Positions 59,755 through 64,000 of a DNA stretch of 64,000 bases are shown one piece after another. The notes under the pieces are model-generated. The model was given only the letters and a program-made list of their open reading frames with translations. It did no database searches and had not been told where the DNA came from. The translations under genes and the position numbers were made by a program. How positions within the stretch are numbered: the first letter of the stretch is position 1; each line of letters starts with the position of its first letter. The stretch is taken from contig NW_021836134.1 in NCBI RefSeq assembly GCF_006345805.1, positions 310,001-374,000 of the forward strand, read 5' to 3'. Source of the DNA: Octopus sinensis (taxonomy: Eukaryota).

Positions 59755-60484
59755 TTAATGATTCAAACTCCTCGACTCCCTTTCTTTCATAGCACTTACA
59801 CTTAAGAATGCTTTCAGTTCCTAAACTACCGGATTTCCACCTCACCTGAGAACAGGTTTTTAATTCACTCAATAACTGACACTCTTCAACAACAACACCG
59901 GCCAAAAGACTCTGAATTGTCTCGATCTTTTCCAACATATCAGCCTGTGGATGCATCCCAGATTCCTCCCATTCTTCAACTTGGGCCATCAGTTCAACCA
60001 TTCGTTCAAACTTTGATAAGAAAAAAATAAAAACCCTCGACTTTTTAGTTTTTGAAGTCAATCCAGCCTTCATTGATGAAATGACTGAATTGGGAAACAT
60101 TTCAGTATTCCCCCACGTGGTTAGCAATTCTTGGAGGGTTTGAGACACCTCCTCACTACGATTATAAAAATAAAGTCACTCATTTGAAATAAAAACATTG
60201 CAAAGACTTTTTTGGAATGTTTCGGAAAAATCTCGGCCTCGTTTCTTGCCATTTTGCAGTAAACGGTCACACAGATGTAAGAGATTGATTTTTTTATTTG
60301 GATTGGCTAAAAGTTGAGATGGTGGAATTAAACCTTTGTTGTATTGCTCGTTCCATATTTGTGCGATTTCCTGTTTATTTTTGTGATTTAAAACCACCCA
60401 TTGGCTTATTTTTAGGATGCTATCTTCTGATTCAGTCAACGTTTCGAGTAAATTTTCAAATGCACCACGTGAATAATCAAACAT
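59755..60484 (-). CDS. RPRD1: RPRD1-like CTD-interacting-domain (CID) protein, several tiny introns
   Basis: FENLLETLTESEDSILKISQWVVLNHKNKQEIAQIW...ANPNKKINLLHLCDRLLQNGKKRGRDFSETF...LQELLTTW, then a short coiled-coil region; spliced stop at 59755. Confidence 0.8.
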
Positions 60485-61918
60485 TTAAAGCCTATATATT
60501 AATTTTTATAATAAAAGTTATATTCTACTAAAATCAAATTTAAAAGAATCCAGTTAAAACTTTAACATTACAAAAATAATTGAATTGAGAAACATTGTAA
60601 TTTATAGAAAACTACGTGAGAGCATATCTCCAATCTGTAAAACTTTAAAGTGAGAGACTTTTCCACGACATAATTTTGAAAATAAAAAATCAGGAGAGCT
60701 TTGAGGATGTATGGACCCCTGACGATCATTTCGAATAATGATCGTATTTTTGCCAGGTAGACAACATTACTATTCGAATTATCCAGATTACTAATAATAA
60801 TATTCAAAATCATCCAATAAAGAATTCAAGCTAATCTTTTTGATTAGCTATTCACAATGAGACTATAACGTTGCCAGGGCTCATTCGATTCAAAATAAAT
60901 CAGAATAATGTTGAGCAATGATTGCTAATTAAATGCATGAAATAAATTATGTCCATTAAGACAAATTTACAGACCCTTTTCCGTTTCACTATAAAATTTA
61001 TATTTTCTAGACACACAACAATACAAAATATTTAAGTTTGGAAAATCACCATGTATTTCAGTTATCTACTAGTACAAGAAACGAATTCCGTTTCATTAAA
61101 CATTTCTTCATTCAAAAAACTACAGAAATCAAAATCTCAACGTGTCTCTAGTGATCCTCACAATTAGAGAATAAGTAATTAATTTTAAAATTTGCTTTTC
61201 AGCAATGTCAGGCAAGTTTACTTCATAATCCTTTTACCTCTATTTATTTCCATTTTGAAGTTCTTTTGTTTATCGACAGAAATTATATTCTCGCAATATT
61301 TCCACTGATTTTAATTTTTCGTCAAATGAGTTATTTAAAGTAAAAATATTCTCAAACCAAATTTGTATTTTACTAACATTTTTTCCACTGTTTAGTCAAA
61401 TCAACCGTCTGTATTGGACACTTTCTTTGATTTAAAAAATCATTATTTAAAAAATGAATTATTCAAGTCGTAAATAACAAATTAATCATTAATTACTAGA
61501 CAATTGTATTTTACAAAATATTGTTTACAAGATAGAAAGAAAGAGGAAATGTTGAAAAAAATTACAACAGCAAACATAAACTACCCCTAATTAACTAGTA
61601 TAAATACTTTATCGGCGCTCATTAAAACTTGAAGTAATCTGAAAATGAATAAAGAAACGGATGAATTCTATACAGTTGATTCATTGTATTGTTTCGAGAA
61701 AACTCTTTAAACAAATTCTTTCAGTCAGAACAATGAAACAACAATACAGTCTAACCCGGGGTGGGCCACCAAAGTGTCCCAGAAAGCGGAGGGCCCTCCC
61801 AAACAGGGGTCATGTTCAAACTATTTAATTATAGTTTCATTTAATTTAAATTTCGTTTACTTTGCGAACAAAGAACTCTTTCAAATCTCCATAGTGTTTA
61901 TATGCTGATAATACAATA

Positions 61919-62423
61919 CAGTGCTGGTAGAAAAAAAACCGGTTGTGCAGTACTAACTTTTTTTTGATTGGGCTCCGCAATCTCCAGACAATTTTGATTG
62001 GGCTCCGCAATCTCCAGACATGAACCCAATGGAACATGTTGGGAATGATGAAGCAGAAGTATTCTTTAGATCCTGCAAAAATAACTGGATCTGGAAGTCA
62101 AATTAACAAAAATTTGGAACGAATTGCCGTCTGAAAGTATTCAGAAGTTAATTGATAGTATGCCTAACAGGTCATACGAGCTATTTATATCGAGGATACC
62201 ACACAACATATTAACTGTTGATTTTGTTAACTCTTTTGTTAAAACCGGTTTTTTATCACAAGCAAAAATTTAAATTTTTAAAATTTCGCCGATTATTGAA
62301 ATTTTTTAAAAGTAAAAAAGATATACATATAATCAACTTCAAACTCTTATTCATTTAGAAAATTAATAGCTATCTGCCAAAAAAAGTTAGTAACTGCAAA
62401 CCGGTTTTTTTCTACCAGCACTG
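61919..62423 (+). mobile_element. Internally deleted Tc1 element with intact TIRs
   Basis: TA TSDs; TIRs CAGTGCTGGTAGAAAAAAAACCGGTT / AACCGGTTTTTTTCTACCAGCACTG; remnant DWAPQSPDMNPMEHVW...LIDSMPNR; internal ~28-bp tandem duplication. Confidence 0.9.
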
Positions 62424-62448
62424 TAAGTTGTGCTTTTTTGCTCTATAG

Positions 62449-62580
62449 CAGGGGTGCGCAAGTGCGGCCTAAAAAAAATTACTATATTAATATCGAAAAA
62501 ATAATGCAAAAATGTGCGGCCGTGGAAGAGAAGGAAAAAAATGCTATGCGGCCGCAAACCCAAAAGCTTGCGCACCCCTG
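62449..62580. mobile_element. 132-bp hAT MITE
   Basis: TIRs CAGGGGTGCGCAAG / CTTGCGCACCCCTG; 8-bp TSD ctctatag (62441-62448 / 62581-62588). Confidence 0.93.
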
Positions 62581-64000
62581 CTCTATAGTTTGATATATTT
62601 CAGTCTGTTGTTCTAAAAAGGACTCTAGAAAGCATGGTAGTTGAACACAGACATGGATGAGAGTGAGAGTATCTGCCGAAGAATACCTCTGTTGCTTACC
62701 AGGTTGCAGAAGTGGCATGCTGCCGTGACACGCCGGTGAAGATACACATTTTAAGTCATGTGGTGCATGAATTAATTAATTATGATTAAAATATTCATAG
62801 ACCGTAATATAGTCATGCAAAATCAAATTATGAACTAGAACTAAGAAAATTAAATTCAAAATATTTTTCTGGCATTTAATGAAAACAAAAAACATTTTTT
62901 TTCTGACTTTATGATTCGATTATTCCAACGACGTAGGCAGTCATGTCTTCGACAAACGACTCCTATTCCCCAGAAAAATCAAATAAAATAATAACCCAAA
63001 AATGAGGAATTGACCTTTTAAAAACGTTCTTACTTGAATGGAGTTTATGGACAATTTGGATTCTGAATTTTTCAACAATTCAAATTGTAAAGTTTGCCCC
63101 CATTCATCGCAAATAGAGGTAAATGCGAGACTTTTTATATTATAGTCATTTAGATCAGTGGTTCACAACCTTTATTTTTGTATTATTAGAAATATTTTTT
63201 ATTAAAAAAATAAGATTTTTAATGAGATCCTCGCGGTTGATGAAATTGACAAGTTTTTCAAAATTTATACTTCTTTTCGTAAGTGTAATTCTAATGTCTT
63301 CTCTTTTTCTATGTTAGTTTGTTTCTTTTTTCCGATCATACTATTCAGAGTGCTGAATCCTTGCTCTACGCAGTATGATGTAGGAAAAATAAAATTACTG
63401 GCATCATTTTTTTCATAATTTCGGGAATTTCATTTTTGTAGATTTTTCTGTCCAGAATTGACTCTAGTTTTCGTTTTAAATTTTATTTTGAGTTTTGGTC
63501 GGTCGTTTTTTAGTTCTATTAACTCTTGTTGACATTCATCGTCAGAATCATAATGAATGGCACCCAAGGATTAATCATCAATCAGAAAAGTTTAAATTAA
63601 TTAAATCTTCAAATCTTTTTTTCAAATCTTGTTCCAAAGATTCGAAATGAAATTCAAATTTTCAAATCGTTGTCATCAAAAGTGTGGTCATAAAAATCGA
63701 ATTTTCCAAATTTCTATTACTCAATTAAATTTTCTAAAAAACACGATATTTTCCAACCATAGCCATCAGTTGCGCACGATAAAATATGTTCCAAGGAATA
63801 TTATTTAAGAATAAGATTGAAAACATTTTGAATATGACAATCCTTGGTATCCGTGATTAAAGATTCTAACTCTTCTTGCAGAATAAAATCATCATCAAAA
63901 TATCTGTATAAAAAGTATTTATAAAAAGTAATACCTTACATATGCCATAAAATTGACTGGTTATCAACGATAACTGATTCGTCAAATTGGACTGAAAACT

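Noticed and set aside
62600-62760. GC-richer patch as a possible snRNA/SL RNA or first exon (ggtaag)
   Set aside because: No convincing match to snRNA consensus or Sm site by eye; an Rfam search would be required.
63150-63180. cagtggttcacaacc hAT-like terminus (and ccggggtgggcca at ~61757)
   Set aside because: No partner TIR or TSD found.
1-64000. Prokaryotic or organellar origin; rRNA; telomeric repeats
   Set aside because: Spliceosomal introns, ETS/RPB4/Exo70 genes and eukaryotic TEs throughout; no rRNA-like or telomeric tract seen.

Overview
AT-rich eukaryotic, metazoan DNA (GABPA-type ETS gene) with densely packed GT-AG introns of mostly 22-36 bp. This fits a reduced-genome parasite such as a dicyemid, orthonectid or myxozoan (inference only). 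Host genes reconstructed by eye: aminoacylase-1 (two full copies plus a 3' fragment), a 5'-truncated TIA-1/TIAR, RPB4 head-to-head with a minimal GABPA, a membrane-tethered bZIP, Exo70 and an RPRD1-like CID protein. The window is dominated by a nested architecture. An ~11-kb transposon-littered segment occurs three times (A 1123-12380; B 16306-16583 + 29877-35573; C 43310-53076). B is interrupted by a complete 13.3-kb Helitron (16584-29876, minus strand) with both termini, an intact 1755-aa RepHel and an empty site visible in A. The Helitron carries a two-ORF LINE between long A-rich tracts. A 13.3-kb tandem duplication (22275-35574 / 35574-48787) copies the Helitron 5' part, the LINE and flanking host DNA. 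Also present: several CRE-type RLE retrotransposon insertions with TSDs, hAT and Tc1 elements with intact ends, and an intron-containing integrase fragment. All alignments and splice models were done by eye; relic coordinates are approximate.
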